Origin: Candidatus Bathyarchaeota archaeon
GTDB lineage: Archaea > Thermoproteota > Bathyarchaeia > Bathyarchaeales > Bathycorpusculaceae
Assembly: GCA_963826715.1 (NCBI GenBank)
Contig: CAWGYA010000008.1
Coordinates: 288,001 to 352,000 of the forward strand
Length of the DNA stretch: 64,000 nt
Reading direction: 5' to 3'
The position numbers were made by a program, and so were the translations under genes. Numbering within the stretch: position 1 is the stretch's first letter; the number at the start of each line of letters is the position of its first letter. Below are positions 10,829 to 21,560 of the stretch, in pieces. Under the pieces are notes generated by a model. That model made no database searches, was not told the origin of the DNA, and saw only the letters and a program-made list of their open reading frames with translations.

Positions 10829-11407
10829 ATGGTAGCATCTGGCATGAGCAGAATCAAAAAGCCCTATAGACAATTAACTCTTGACAAAATACCCAGTCTC
10901 CAGACAAATCAAACTCAACCTAATCCAGAAAAAAAGATAATTATCAAAAAAATTGCCGCCGACGAGGGAATAGATGAATTAATCCTTAAAGTGATCTTCA
11001 AACTCCAACCCTCCAAAAAATCATTCTCTAAGATAAAAGCGAATTTATGGTTTGACAACCAACTTCTTCCACCTACATTAATTCAAATTCCCCAGGGACC
11101 GGTGGCAACGGATGAGTTTGAGTATGAGTGGGTTCTGGAAATGTCCGGGGTAGCTGCTGGCAAGTATGCTATTAAAGTTGAAATGTTTGAACCTTGGGGT
11201 ATGAATGAGAAATTGAGCTATGCTATTGGGGAGTTGCTTGTTAACTATTTACCAAAAACGCGCCAAAGCCGACTTGTGAGAATACCGAGCATTAAATCTG
11301 TGGCAGGTGCGGATTTTTCGGTTGTCTCAAGCGAGGATCGTACCATTTATGCTGATTTTGATCAGTCACGTAAAGAAGAGAACCGCAGTAGACGTGACGA
11401 ATGGTAA
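10829..11407 (+). CDS. Hypothetical protein
   Basis: 192 aa ORF, beta-rich pattern; stop abuts convergent antiporter stop. Confidence 0.65.
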   Translation: MVASGMSRIKKPYRQLTLDKIPSLQTNQTQPNPEKKIIIKKIAADEGIDELILKVIFKLQPSKKSFSKIKANLWFDNQLLPPTLIQIPQGPVATDEFEYEWVLEMSGVAAGKYAIKVEMFEPWGMNEKLSYAIGELLVNYLPKTRQSRLVRIPSIKSVAGADFSVVSSEDRTIYADFDQSRKEENRSRRDEW

Positions 11408-12979
11408 CTATTCGATAGGAACATTGGTTTTTTTAGGTTTTTCTTGGGACTTCTGTTTTTGAGCAGCTTTCTTGGGTTTGCGTTTGCGCCTCACCGATGA
11501 GTAGAGCATGTTCGCTCGCTCCTGAATGATCTGTTTGGTCTCAAGCATTGCTGACGATTCATGGATTACATCATCAATCATATCTTTGCATACCTCTAGC
11601 TTCTCAACAAACTCGCGGTCGGAAATTCTGCGTTCATTCCGCATATCATATGTTTCCTCGATTTCAGCACCTATCTCGACCAGTTCTTTTCGTGATTTTT
11701 CAGTTTGTTCGGATTCCTGATCTTTGAATTTACTTTTTACATATCGGAATAGAATTGGCACTTGGAAGGTGATGGAGAGAAAAGCTACTCCCAATGCCAG
11801 GGTACGTATTATAGTTATGTCGGTTAAGCTTATGACCGCAGAGGCTGTTATAGTGGCTGCGAGAACAATTGAAAGAGCGCCTCGGACGCCGCCTAGCAAA
11901 GCCACGTAGCCCCAAATGCGCGGTAACTTTTCGCCTCTTTTACTAAAGAATGCAAATATCGGGAAAACTGCAGCTGCCCGAGCTAGCGTAACTGCAATGA
12001 ACGCTGCTATTATTAGAAACACGGATTGAGAGAGTGTAAGTAGGTCCGTTTGGAAACCGATGAATAGGAATGCTATGGAGTTTGCAAGAAAAGCTATCAC
12101 CTCCCAGAACAATTTGATTGTGTTACGAGTGGCGGATTCCATGGCGGTACGCATGGTAAAGTTACCGAAGTAGAGACCTGTTATTGCAACGGCTATAATG
12201 CCAGAAGCTCCAATGCCTGTAGCAAGCGCGAAGGATCCGTAAACAGCTGAAACTGTAAGGATGCATTCAGCTATCCGGTCTTCGATTAAGCTTGAGAGCA
12301 ACTCGGATATGAAGCCAATACCTAAGCCGACCAATAAGCCACCCAGAAGAGTATAGCTAAAGCTTCCTACTGCCTCTATGTAGCTTGCCTGATGCAGCGC
12401 AACAAAGGAGAGGATAATAGTGAATACCACTATGGCTGTCGCGTCGTTGAAGGCAGCTTCTGTGTTTAGTAGAATCGTGAGTTTTGATGGGACCTTGACC
12501 CTGCGGAATACCTCTAAAATAGTAACTACGTCCGTGGGGGCTATGAGGGCGGCAAATAAGAAGGCTACATAGAAGGGCAAACCGATAAGCCACATCACCA
12601 ATCCGCCAACTAAGGTTGCTATGATTACGCCAACTGTTGCCAGCACTAACGAGGGACGAATCACCGCTCGCAAGTCACCTGCACGGATATGCATCATTGC
12701 CTCAAAAACGAGTGGAGGAACTACTATTCCAACAAAAAACCCGTTCCCGCCACCTTCAAGCAGCAAGTTATCAAATGAGCGTATCTGATCGATAATTGCT
12801 TGGGCAAATCCGTGGATTGGTCCACCTACCAGTGACAGCAGGGTGGCGGCTGCAGTTATTCCTACACCCATTAGAACCAAAACAAGTGTGTAAGGGGTTT
12901 TAAATTTTAGCGATATAATAGCGGCTATGAACGTGATTAGTAAAAAGACGGCCATTATGAGTTCAATGTTGGTTGCCAT
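11408..12979 (-). CDS. CPA1/NhaP-type Na+(K+)/H+ antiporter
   Basis: About 12 TM, PPLVFE, ALIAPTDVV, EAAFNDA, FWE, GGVRGALS; charged cytoplasmic tail. Confidence 0.9.
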   Translation of the reverse strand: MATNIELIMAVFLLITFIAAIISLKFKTPYTLVLVLMGVGITAAATLLSLVGGPIHGFAQAIIDQIRSFDNLLLEGGGNGFFVGIVVPPLVFEAMMHIRAGDLRAVIRPSLVLATVGVIIATLVGGLVMWLIGLPFYVAFLFAALIAPTDVVTILEVFRRVKVPSKLTILLNTEAAFNDATAIVVFTIILSFVALHQASYIEAVGSFSYTLLGGLLVGLGIGFISELLSSLIEDRIAECILTVSAVYGSFALATGIGASGIIAVAITGLYFGNFTMRTAMESATRNTIKLFWEVIAFLANSIAFLFIGFQTDLLTLSQSVFLIIAAFIAVTLARAAAVFPIFAFFSKRGEKLPRIWGYVALLGGVRGALSIVLAATITASAVISLTDITIIRTLALGVAFLSITFQVPILFRYVKSKFKDQESEQTEKSRKELVEIGAEIEETYDMRNERRISDREFVEKLEVCKDMIDDVIHESSAMLETKQIIQERANMLYSSVRRKRKPKKAAQKQKSQEKPKKTNVPIE

Positions 12980-13302
12980 TTAGTTAGTTCCCCGCTACTT
13001 TTTTCATCTAAAGGTTATTGTTTAAGCGGTTAGATTGTACAAAAAAGCTTTTTCATCCAAAAACTGTAAAATTGTCAGAGTATGGTGATTAACTTAGATA
13101 TTAGCGAAAATAATTTTTGTGATTGTTTTTTTTCCTTGGCCACTACATACTAACTTTAAGAAGCTAAAATAAGAATTTTAAGACCTTTTTAGTCACCAGA
13201 GAACAACTATGAAAAATGGTGAGAAAAATAAAAAAGACATAGTACTAAACACACTTAGCAGAAACAAAGAATACCTAAATTTAAGGTCGAAAAGCGACTG
13301 AA

Positions 13303-13632
13303 TTATTTTTTTGGGATTTCAACAAATATTTTGCCATTCCTAACCTCAATACGGTAGCAATCCAGCTTCACCGTATCGATCACTTGATATTGACCGGTGC
13401 GGACATCAAATTTCCAGCCATGACAAGGACACATCAAAACATAACCAGTCAGAATACCGTTGTCAAAGCTGCAGCCCATATGGGGGCAACGGTTGGTTAC
13501 ACCATAAATTTGCCCTCCGATTTTTGCGAGAATAATTGGATTATCTCTTATTCTTACAGTAGCCATACCGCCTTCTTTGAGCGCAGCTTCTTTTATGGTT
13601 GAATGAAAATTATCTTTTGGCAAAATCTCCAC
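13303..13632 (-). CDS. Rieske [2Fe-2S] ferredoxin
   Basis: CPHMG and CPCHGWKFD Rieske motifs. Confidence 0.9.
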   Translation of the reverse strand: MEILPKDNFHSTIKEAALKEGGMATVRIRDNPIILAKIGGQIYGVTNRCPHMGCSFDNGILTGYVLMCPCHGWKFDVRTGQYQVIDTVKLDCYRIEVRNGKIFVEIPKK

Positions 13633-13675
13633 AATAGATCAAAAGGCATATGAGTTCAAAAAGTTGCCGATTTAT

Positions 13676-14797
13676 CTATGTACCATTTTTATTATGCACT
13701 TCAGAGAGTTTCAGCAGGGTTTCCTTGTAAACCTGAATCGCTTGCAGATACTCACTTATCTCGATATGCTCATCAACAGTATGATCAAGGTGGGAGTCTC
13801 CAGGTCCATAGGTCACAATAGGCAACTTCATGGCTTTACCAAGGATATTCATGTCCCCTGTTCCGGTCTTCCGGAGCAACGTTGCTGGTTTATTCAAGAC
13901 TTTACGAACTGAGGCGGATAGGACATGGACCAACGGAGACGCTTTATTGGCTTCGAAGGGCTCAACAGTATCCAAAACGCTTGATTTTATCCCCACTTGT
14001 GGATTGGCGTTTTGATAATTGGCAATTATTTTCAACATTTTCTCATGGACTTGTGCAGTTGTGTACTGAATAGGAACACGAACGTCGAGAAGTATTTCAG
14101 CTTCAAAAGGGATAACTGAATTGCCTCTTCCACCAACCATTCGAATTAAACAAACTGTAATGGAGGTGAAGGGTGTCTCGGTGGGTTCGATAGAAGGAAA
14201 AGTGCATGCTGCTCTGATTTTCTTCCAAAGCTCATAAGCTTTCTCCAAGGCATTATCATATAGCCAAGGGGTTGAGGAGTGCCCTGTCTCAGTGGTCACG
14301 TCAATTTTGAGCTGGATTTGTCCTTTGTAGCCAATGGTAATGTTTTCTACGCCACTGGGTTCACCAAAGATTGCATAATCAGCTTTTATACCCTGGTTGA
14401 TAAGATGCCGCACACCTTTGCTTGTGGCTTCTTCTTCAACAACACTGGCAACGAGAATTGTTCCTTTAAAGCAGGGGTCTTTACCAGCAGTAACTGCTGC
14501 CATAACCATAGCGGCGAGGGGACCTTTTGCATCAACTGCACCACGTGCATATATTTTTCCTTCCTCAACACGCAGGGGCATGTGCCCAGCCACTGTGTCC
14601 ATGTGCCCGCAAAGCATAATCACAGGTTCACCGTCCCCAACAACACCGATGACGTTACCAATGTTATCTATACCTACTTCAAAACCCATGCGCTTCATTT
14701 CTAAGGCTAAAAAGTTAGCTATATCCTGTTCTTTGCCTGAAGGACTGTAGATACCAAGTAGATTAGTTAGAAACCGTATTGCCATTTGCTCGTTCAT
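13676..14797 (-). CDS. lysK: [LysW]-lysine/[LysW]-ornithine hydrolase (M20 family)
   Basis: GHMDTV, RGAVDAKG, VEEE, TGTGDMN, YGPGDSHLDHT; last gene of lysW cluster. Confidence 0.9.
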   Translation of the reverse strand: MNEQMAIRFLTNLLGIYSPSGKEQDIANFLALEMKRMGFEVGIDNIGNVIGVVGDGEPVIMLCGHMDTVAGHMPLRVEEGKIYARGAVDAKGPLAAMVMAAVTAGKDPCFKGTILVASVVEEEATSKGVRHLINQGIKADYAIFGEPSGVENITIGYKGQIQLKIDVTTETGHSSTPWLYDNALEKAYELWKKIRAACTFPSIEPTETPFTSITVCLIRMVGGRGNSVIPFEAEILLDVRVPIQYTTAQVHEKMLKIIANYQNANPQVGIKSSVLDTVEPFEANKASPLVHVLSASVRKVLNKPATLLRKTGTGDMNILGKAMKLPIVTYGPGDSHLDHTVDEHIEISEYLQAIQVYKETLLKLSEVHNKNGT

Positions 14798-15977
14798 TTT
14801 CTTCTTCCTCCAACACAGAATCTAAAGCAGTGATAACGCGATCAATTTGAGGTTTAGTAATTATCAGCGGCGGTAACAGTCGAACCACCGTTCTGCCAGC
14901 ATCTATAACCAATAAACCTTTGTCAAGTGCTTTAGTAATAACCCCATAAACGTCATAACGGAGTTCCACACCCAACATTAACCCTAATCCTCGGACCTCC
15001 TTAACTATGCGATACTTCGCAGCTAAGCTTTCCAACTGAGTCTTGAAATATTTGCCGTTTATGGCCGCTTTTTCCGCAAGTTTCTCCTCCAGCAGAGCAT
15101 CTACAGCCGCACATCCTGCAGCGCAAACAAGTGGACTTCCACTAAAAGTAGTGGAGTGCTCGCCCACTTTGAATGTCGACATAATGTTTTCTTTAGCCAC
15201 CGTAATACCAATTGGCAAACCACCTGCAAAAGGCTTCGCTAAACACATAATATCGGGGATAACATTCCAGTTTTCGCAGCCGAAAAGCTTACCAGTGCGC
15301 CCAAAACTGGTCTGCACCTCATCAAAAATTAGCAAAATACCTCTACGGTTGCAGATTTCCCGCACTTCCTGCAAGTAACCCTCGGGGGGCACACGAACTC
15401 CTCCTTCCCCACGGATTGGTTCCATAAGCACAGCAGCAGTTTTTTCAGTTATAGCCTCCCCGATTTTCCCAGAGTTATCAGGGGGAACATGTTTAATATC
15501 TGGAATCAAAGGCATGAAGGGTTCACGATATTTCTTATCCCAAGTCGCCGATAACGCACCCATAGTTTTTCCGTGATAAGATCCCATCAACGCAATAATT
15601 TCGGTTTTACCTGTGGCTTTGCGAGCGAGTTTTATAGCGCACTCCACGCTTTCGGCTCCGCTGTTAGAAAGAAATGCTTTGTCAAGCCCTTGTGGCATTA
15701 TATTAACCAGTTTTTGTATAAATTCTGCACGCTTGTCGTTATAGTAGCAACTGTGGCAAGTTATAAGCTCTTGAAGCTGCGAGTTAACGGCTTCAATAAT
15801 TTTTGGGTGACAGTGCCCCAGTGCCGCTACGCCATAGCTACTAGCGCAATCAACGTACTCTTTACCATTGATATCCCAGAGCAATGCACCTTTTCCACGG
15901 GTTAGTACAACGGGTTTTTTTGAAAACACGTTGGCTAAATAGCGGTTTTCAGTTTCCATGATTTCCGTATCATTCAC
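14763..15977 (-). CDS. lysJ: [LysW]-aminoadipate/glutamate semialdehyde transaminase (class III)
   Basis: NSGAESVECAIK, YHGKTMG, EPIRGEGG, FDEVQTSFGRTG, AKPFAGG; cluster context. Confidence 0.9.
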   Translation of the reverse strand: MNDTEIMETENRYLANVFSKKPVVLTRGKGALLWDINGKEYVDCASSYGVAALGHCHPKIIEAVNSQLQELITCHSCYYNDKRAEFIQKLVNIMPQGLDKAFLSNSGAESVECAIKLARKATGKTEIIALMGSYHGKTMGALSATWDKKYREPFMPLIPDIKHVPPDNSGKIGEAITEKTAAVLMEPIRGEGGVRVPPEGYLQEVREICNRRGILLIFDEVQTSFGRTGKLFGCENWNVIPDIMCLAKPFAGGLPIGITVAKENIMSTFKVGEHSTTFSGSPLVCAAGCAAVDALLEEKLAEKAAINGKYFKTQLESLAAKYRIVKEVRGLGLMLGVELRYDVYGVITKALDKGLLVIDAGRTVVRLLPPLIITKPQIDRVITALDSVLEEEENERANGNTVSN

Positions 15978-16788
15978 TTGTTATCACGGTTCCTACCTTA
16001 TGATTCAGAGCTGAAGTGATGGGCTGACTGGCAGCCCCGGATGTAACCAGCACCTCCCCCACGCCTTGATTAAGTGCTTCCAGACCAGCGTGTACTTTGG
16101 TACTCATTCCTCCTCCGATCTTAGAGAGAACTTCTTTAACCTCAGTAGCCGCGATTTTCGGCACTCGCTCGCCTTTGAGCATCAAGCCCTCCACGTCCGT
16201 AAGCAAAATAAGCTTGTCTGCTTTGAGGGCACCTGCAAGGATTGCTGCAGTGCGGTCACCATCTACATTGAGGGGCTCATTGTCCTGACTGAGCGCAATC
16301 GGCGTAACAATAGGTACATAACCCTTCTCAAGTAACAGACATAGCAGTTTGGTATTGACTTCGGTGATTTTACCTGTGTAGCCACCGTCTATAACTTTTT
16401 TCCGTCCCCGCTCATCAACCACAATTAAACGAGTTTTACGTTCCGCCTTGAGGATGGCAGCATCAAGTCCACTTAAGCCCACTGCGGATATCCCCTGAGC
16501 CTGAAGCGCCAAAACGATTTGTTTATTCATCTTACCAGCCATCACCATCGTATAAATTTCAATAGTTTCCTTGTCAGTATAACGACTGCGGAACCCCTCG
16601 GGGGACATAATAAATTTCTGCTCCTTGCCGAGTTTACTCGCTATTTCAGTAACTTCCACGCCCCCACCGTGCACAAGCACAACTTGGTGTTGCTTGACAA
16701 TTTCCTTTAGGTCCTCAACTATGTCGGTTGAGGCACCTTCCTTTAGGATACTTCCGCCCATCTTGATAACAAGCAACATAGTGGTCAC
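15970..16788 (-). CDS. lysZ: [LysW]-aminoadipate/glutamate kinase
   Basis: IKMGGS, VHGGG, SRYTD, GGYTGKI, LNVDGDR, GGGMSTK. Confidence 0.92.
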   Translation of the reverse strand: MTTMLLVIKMGGSILKEGASTDIVEDLKEIVKQHQVVLVHGGGVEVTEIASKLGKEQKFIMSPEGFRSRYTDKETIEIYTMVMAGKMNKQIVLALQAQGISAVGLSGLDAAILKAERKTRLIVVDERGRKKVIDGGYTGKITEVNTKLLCLLLEKGYVPIVTPIALSQDNEPLNVDGDRTAAILAGALKADKLILLTDVEGLMLKGERVPKIAATEVKEVLSKIGGGMSTKVHAGLEALNQGVGEVLVTSGAASQPITSALNHKVGTVITSE

Positions 16789-17834
16789 ATCGGATGGAAC
16801 CCAGTGCTCTTAAGGCCTGTGGTTTCGTCAAGTCCCATGATTATGTTTAGGCATTGTACACCTTGCCCTGCAGCACCCTTGGTCATGTTATCAAGTGCCG
16901 AGAACATTATAAGGCGGTTAGCGTGTTCGTCGATTTCAAAGCCGACATCACAAAAGTTGGTACCCATAGTGATTTTTGGATCAGGCAATTGGTAGGGACC
17001 CTTGAGGTACTTTACAAAACGAACAAATGGTTCAGTACTATACATACCGCGTAGTGCCTTCCAAATGTCTTTGCTGGCAATAGGCTGCTTGGGGAAGCAA
17101 TGAATTGTAGCAAGAATGCCACGCACCATGTTAACAGCATGAGGTGTAAACGAAATTTTAACTTGTTCACCTAATGGTGATAACTCTTGCTCAACTTCAG
17201 CGATATGACGATGCCCTACGACTTTATAGGGGCGCACACCACTAAAGCGCTCAGGATGATGGCTAGCTAGATTAGGTTTACTGCCTCCACCCGAAGAGCC
17301 TACTTTCAAGTCCACAACTATTTTATCTTTATCAATAAAACCGGCCTTGACAATGGGAGCTAACCCAAGAATGGCGGCAGTGGCTTCACAACCCGCACAA
17401 GCTACGAGGTTAGCACTTTTGATTTCTTCCCGATGTAGCTCAGGTAGACCGTAGGCAGCTTCTTTAAGCAATTCAGGGTGAGCGTGTTCCCAGCCATAGT
17501 ACGTTGGATAATCAGCTGGATTTTTTAATCGGAAGTCTGCACTCATGTCGATTACTTTGAGCCCTGCCTCTAGTAGTTTAGGCACTAAGTTAACTGAGCC
17601 GCCGTGGGGGGTTGCTGTGAAAATTAAGTCACAGTTTTTCTGAAGAACCTCCATGTCCTGGGGAACAAATTTTAGCTGGGTCATTCCACGCAGGTTCGGG
17701 TGAACGTTGAAAACATATTCTCCTGCCATCTGCCGCGAAGTGACCGTTGTTACTTCAACCTCGGGATGCATAAGGAGCAGTCTTAGCAGTTCGCTTCCAA
17801 CATATCCTGAACCACCGATTATACCAATTCTCAT
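16785..17834 (-). CDS. lysY: [LysW]-aminoadipate/glutamate phosphate reductase (ArgC family)
   Basis: GGSGYVG, ATPHG, DMSADFRL, YGLPEL, catalytic AGC, HRHIAE, DNMTKGAAGQ. Confidence 0.92.
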   Translation of the reverse strand: MRIGIIGGSGYVGSELLRLLLMHPEVEVTTVTSRQMAGEYVFNVHPNLRGMTQLKFVPQDMEVLQKNCDLIFTATPHGGSVNLVPKLLEAGLKVIDMSADFRLKNPADYPTYYGWEHAHPELLKEAAYGLPELHREEIKSANLVACAGCEATAAILGLAPIVKAGFIDKDKIVVDLKVGSSGGGSKPNLASHHPERFSGVRPYKVVGHRHIAEVEQELSPLGEQVKISFTPHAVNMVRGILATIHCFPKQPIASKDIWKALRGMYSTEPFVRFVKYLKGPYQLPDPKITMGTNFCDVGFEIDEHANRLIMFSALDNMTKGAAGQGVQCLNIIMGLDETTGLKSTGFHPM

Positions 17835-17861
17835 TTCATGTTTCCTCTCAATATTTAGTTC

Positions 17862-19046
17862 TTAATGATCAATTAGACTAATAGCACCCCGTAACAATGT
17901 CTCAGCCATGTTATGCCCTGTTGCCAATCTCGTGTTTTCCCAGAACTCAGGGCAAGAATTCGACTCATGAAACACAAGGGCGCGCAGATTTTTCTCTACG
18001 TTTTCTTCAATAATAGTTTTTATTCGCTCATAAGCCAAATTTTGTTTGTAGATTTTGAAGGCTGCTTCAAGCTCGCTATTCCACGCTTCAAAATCGGTTA
18101 ACCGGGAATCGTTCAATTTCACCTTCTGCACAGGCAAAAACGCCTTTGCAGCCAAATCTAACTGCTCCTTAAGATATGCCTCATCCGCATTCTTATGATC
18201 CTTAACATCCACCATAGCATCAAGCGCAAAAATCCATGCGTCACTACCATTACTTAGGGCTTTGCCGCATTTCACCGCCAATTCCTGAACATATTGAGGC
18301 AATTTTGCATCAAAAACAAGGTTTCCAAGGAAAGTGTTAGTTCGAAAATCTTTGAAGCCTGCGCGAACCATCGATATGGGAAAACAAACAGGTTCTTTAC
18401 CCCACTCTTGGGAAACGATTATGCGTAGATCATAGAACCACTTCGACACAAGCTGTTGTGCAACGACACCTATGGGGTTGATAATTCCGGGTTTAGTTTC
18501 TTTGATGTTTGCTTCAAGCTCTTCGCGGGTTTTAGAAAGCATAATCATTTTGCCATGGGTACCCGCATCTGCCTTTATGACGATGCCCTCGGCTAGAGGA
18601 ATTTCTGCTTCGAAGAGGTCAGCTATGTCTTTTTCGTTATGAATTTCGCGACCGTTCTTCATTATGTCGGTTGCGTCGCAGGGTACAAATATGGTTTTGG
18701 GAATCGGCAAGCCTTGCTTATGGAGGTTTAGGAGGGTGCGAAGTTTGCTGTAGCATACAAACTCTATCTGCGAGCTGTTTAGAGTTTTTTTCCCTATCGA
18801 TTCCATAATATAGGATGCTTGAAGACGGCGATTCTTGCTCTGGGCACGGTTAAGCACCACTTTGGTGTCCTGGAAGGTTTTTGTGTAGTCCTTGCCCTTG
18901 GTTTTAGCGCTAAAACCGTCTTTTCCTATGCTTAGCGCTATCTTTCGAAAGGGGATATAAGTTAAATCTATACCAAGTTGCTTAGCGGTAAGTTTTATGC
19001 CGTTTTCATCGTTCTCCGAACGCTCATAAAGAAGTGCAATGCTCAT
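17862..19046 (-). CDS. lysX: Divergent ATP-grasp ligase in the LysX/ArgX (RimK family) position
   Basis: LNRAQS, PIPKT, KADAGTHG, DLRI, FRTNT, ESNSCPEF; between lysW and lysY; longer than typical LysX. Confidence 0.7.
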   Translation of the reverse strand: MSIALLYERSENDENGIKLTAKQLGIDLTYIPFRKIALSIGKDGFSAKTKGKDYTKTFQDTKVVLNRAQSKNRRLQASYIMESIGKKTLNSSQIEFVCYSKLRTLLNLHKQGLPIPKTIFVPCDATDIMKNGREIHNEKDIADLFEAEIPLAEGIVIKADAGTHGKMIMLSKTREELEANIKETKPGIINPIGVVAQQLVSKWFYDLRIIVSQEWGKEPVCFPISMVRAGFKDFRTNTFLGNLVFDAKLPQYVQELAVKCGKALSNGSDAWIFALDAMVDVKDHKNADEAYLKEQLDLAAKAFLPVQKVKLNDSRLTDFEAWNSELEAAFKIYKQNLAYERIKTIIEENVEKNLRALVFHESNSCPEFWENTRLATGHNMAETLLRGAISLIDH

Positions 19047-19117
19047 TGCGTTCAGCGTCCAGGAAAACTTTTGCCTTAAAAGGGTGGTTTAACAAAATAG
19101 AAATTGGTGAATACTGT

Positions 19118-19321
19118 TTATTCGCCCCAGTCTTCGCCTTCAATTGTTAACTCTTGAAGGTCTACGCATCCACCTTTGATTTGTTTAACTTCAAGCTCAA
19201 GTCCGCATCCGGGGCAACTCAAAATTTCGCCTTTTTCGGTGTCACAAGGAACATCAAGGTCTGCCTCGCAGTCAGGGCATTTTGCTTGTACATTTTCATG
19301 CTGATTTGCTTGTTTTATCAT
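19118..19321 (-). CDS. lysW: Amino-group carrier protein LysW
   Basis: CPDC...CPGCG zinc site and diagnostic C-terminal EDWGE. Confidence 0.96.
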   Translation of the reverse strand: MIKQANQHENVQAKCPDCEADLDVPCDTEKGEILSCPGCGLELEVKQIKGGCVDLQELTIEGEDWGE

Positions 19322-19561
19322 TTTTGTTCGTCATCACTTTATTTTTTATTGGAAATGTCATTTTGAGTATTTCGGGTAACTTTTAAACATTGTGACTTAT
19401 TTGTTACAACTTAGACTGCTAATGTTCCATTTGGTGCACCCAGCCCAACGCCACATCATCACACAAAACGTATCCTACTTAACGAAAAACGCATTATACA
19501 CACAATATCAGTATGGAAAACGTTAAATTTTTCAAGGATAATAAATTCAGGTGAAAAACCC

Positions 19562-19972
19562 ATGGACGAGAAAGACAAGCAAATCATAAAAATCCTCAAA
19601 GACGACGCTCGATCAGGTTACGGCGACATAGGCAGCAAAATCGGTCTTTCTGAAGGAGCCGTCCGCAAACGCATCAAAACCTTAACTGATGACAATATCA
19701 TACGAAAGTTCACCGTAAAAGTCAACGTCGCAGAAGGCACCCAAGCTATCACCCTACTAGCCACAGACCCCGCTTTCCCCACTGTGGAAGTCTCAAAAAA
19801 AATTCAAGAACTCTCAAACGTCGAAACCATCTATGAAGTTACAGGTGAATACGATATAGTCGCGGTAATCGGCGGAATGAGCGTCACCGAAGTTAACGAA
19901 TGTATAGAAAAAATCCGAAGAGTTGAGGGCATTATGAAAACTAACACCATGATAGTGCTCCGAAATTGGTAA
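19562..19972 (+). CDS. lysM: Lrp/AsnC family regulator, LysM-like
   Basis: HTH GLSEGAVRKRIK, RAM domain YEVTGEYDI; divergent from lysW. Confidence 0.85.
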   Translation: MDEKDKQIIKILKDDARSGYGDIGSKIGLSEGAVRKRIKTLTDDNIIRKFTVKVNVAEGTQAITLLATDPAFPTVEVSKKIQELSNVETIYEVTGEYDIVAVIGGMSVTEVNECIEKIRRVEGIMKTNTMIVLRNW

Positions 19973-19996
19973 GAGCGTGAATCCTTCAGAGCTTAA

Positions 19997-20710
19997 TTAA
20001 CTTCTTACCTGCTCTATCTTTTCGACACCACAATTGTCACCAATATAGGCGATATCAGTTAACCCGATAAAAAAACCAGTTTCTACAACGCCTGGAATCA
20101 TCTTCAATTTAACAGCCAAAATAGTTGGGTCTACAATTTCGCCTAAATAGACATCTAATATGGCGTTTCCGTTATCAGTTATAGTTGGCCCCAATTTACC
20201 TCTGCTCTCACGCACCACCGCTTTCCCACCAAGCGATGCAATTTTCTGTTTAACTAACGCAATAGCGAATGGTAAAACCTCGACAGGGACAAACTGATTT
20301 TTTTCCCCAAGTAACTTTACCTTTTTTTGTTGATCAGCAATTATTACATTAAATTTGGAAGCCGATGCAACAATTTTTTCTCGTGCCAGTGCCGCACCAC
20401 CCCCTTTGATTAGGAATAATTCAGAGGTCAATTGATCTGCACCGTCAATGGTAACGTCAACAGTTGGGTGTTCATCAAGAGTTGTCACTTGAATGCCGCA
20501 TTCAACCGCAAGCAGAAAAGCCTGATATGATGTAGGAACGCCCAGCAAATGGAGATTTTCAACTTTAATACGTTCACCGAGTGCTTCAATCGCATAAGCA
20601 GCAGTACTTCCACTGCCTAAACCGACAACAAAGCCATCATAAACATGCTTGACTGCTTCTAATGCCGCGTTTTTCTTCTGCATTACAAGTAGGTCTTGGT
20701 TATCCTTCAA
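19997..20710 (-). CDS. rpiA: Ribose-5-phosphate isomerase A
   Basis: GLGSGST, IDGADQ, IKGGGAALAREK, PVEVLP, TDNGN, PGVVETG. Confidence 0.95.
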   Translation of the reverse strand: MKDNQDLLVMQKKNAALEAVKHVYDGFVVGLGSGSTAAYAIEALGERIKVENLHLLGVPTSYQAFLLAVECGIQVTTLDEHPTVDVTIDGADQLTSELFLIKGGGAALAREKIVASASKFNVIIADQQKKVKLLGEKNQFVPVEVLPFAIALVKQKIASLGGKAVVRESRGKLGPTITDNGNAILDVYLGEIVDPTILAVKLKMIPGVVETGFFIGLTDIAYIGDNCGVEKIEQVRS

Positions 20711-21482
20711 TTTCCATCTGCCCTAATTTATCTAAAACTTTTTCGACTTCACTGCGTATGGATTCTATGCGTCGTTCAGCTTCTGTTTTGGCGGTGGGTT
20801 TCTCTTCAGGCGATTTGCGTTTTCGTTTGGGTTTTTCTTGTCGACTCTTGGTTTCTTCGGTATCCTCTTCTTCCTCGTTTTCTTCGTCTTCTTCTGCCTC
20901 ATCTATTTGCACGGACTGCGTTGGCATTTTAATTGGGATTTCACGGATTGGTTTAACGTCAATTCTGCCACGGAGTTCCTCTACTTTGTTTGTGAGTTCG
21001 CCGAATCGCTCACTGAAGAGTTTCATGAGGTCTTCCTGCATCCCTTCAAGTTCATGCAGAGCAATAATGGATTCGTCTTTTGAAATGGATTCTTTGATGG
21101 TGTTCATACGATGCTTGTAGCTAGCAGCGAGTTTTTCACGTTCACCTTCAGTAATTTTCCCTTCCGCTTGCGCCTCGTAGAGCCTCCGAATTGCGTCTCC
21201 GAGAATTTCGCGTTCCAAATCCAACATGCGTAATTCATCTTTGGCACTTGTTGCCATGGGGCCTTGGACACTTTTAGAAATTTTAAAAGGTATACTACTG
21301 AATTCGAGGTCAACTGTGTCAGGTTGAGTTTGCGATTTCAACTGTGGATTGGACTTTTGTTGCTTTGGTGAGTTAGGTTTCTTGGTGTTGTATCTACGCA
21401 TGGCAAAAATGACCGTACCGCAGGCGATGATAATCACTAGAGCGATTGCTACAACCATTATTGGGTCATCATACCAAACCAC
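20700..21482 (-). CDS. Hypothetical membrane-anchored coiled-coil protein
   Basis: N-terminal TM, helical core, acidic then basic low-complexity linker; overlaps rpiA start. Confidence 0.75.
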   Translation of the reverse strand: MVWYDDPIMVVAIALVIIIACGTVIFAMRRYNTKKPNSPKQQKSNPQLKSQTQPDTVDLEFSSIPFKISKSVQGPMATSAKDELRMLDLEREILGDAIRRLYEAQAEGKITEGEREKLAASYKHRMNTIKESISKDESIIALHELEGMQEDLMKLFSERFGELTNKVEELRGRIDVKPIREIPIKMPTQSVQIDEAEEDEENEEEEDTEETKSRQEKPKRKRKSPEEKPTAKTEAERRIESIRSEVEKVLDKLGQMEIEG

Positions 21483-21560
21483 GCCATGCCAACCTCAGTA
21501 CCTGATTGTTCACCATACATATATTAGTTAATATATTGGCTATGTTTGGCGGTTCAAGTT

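Noticed and set aside
19322-19561. LysM operator between lysW and lysM
   Set aside because: Expected from context, but I could not identify a convincing palindrome
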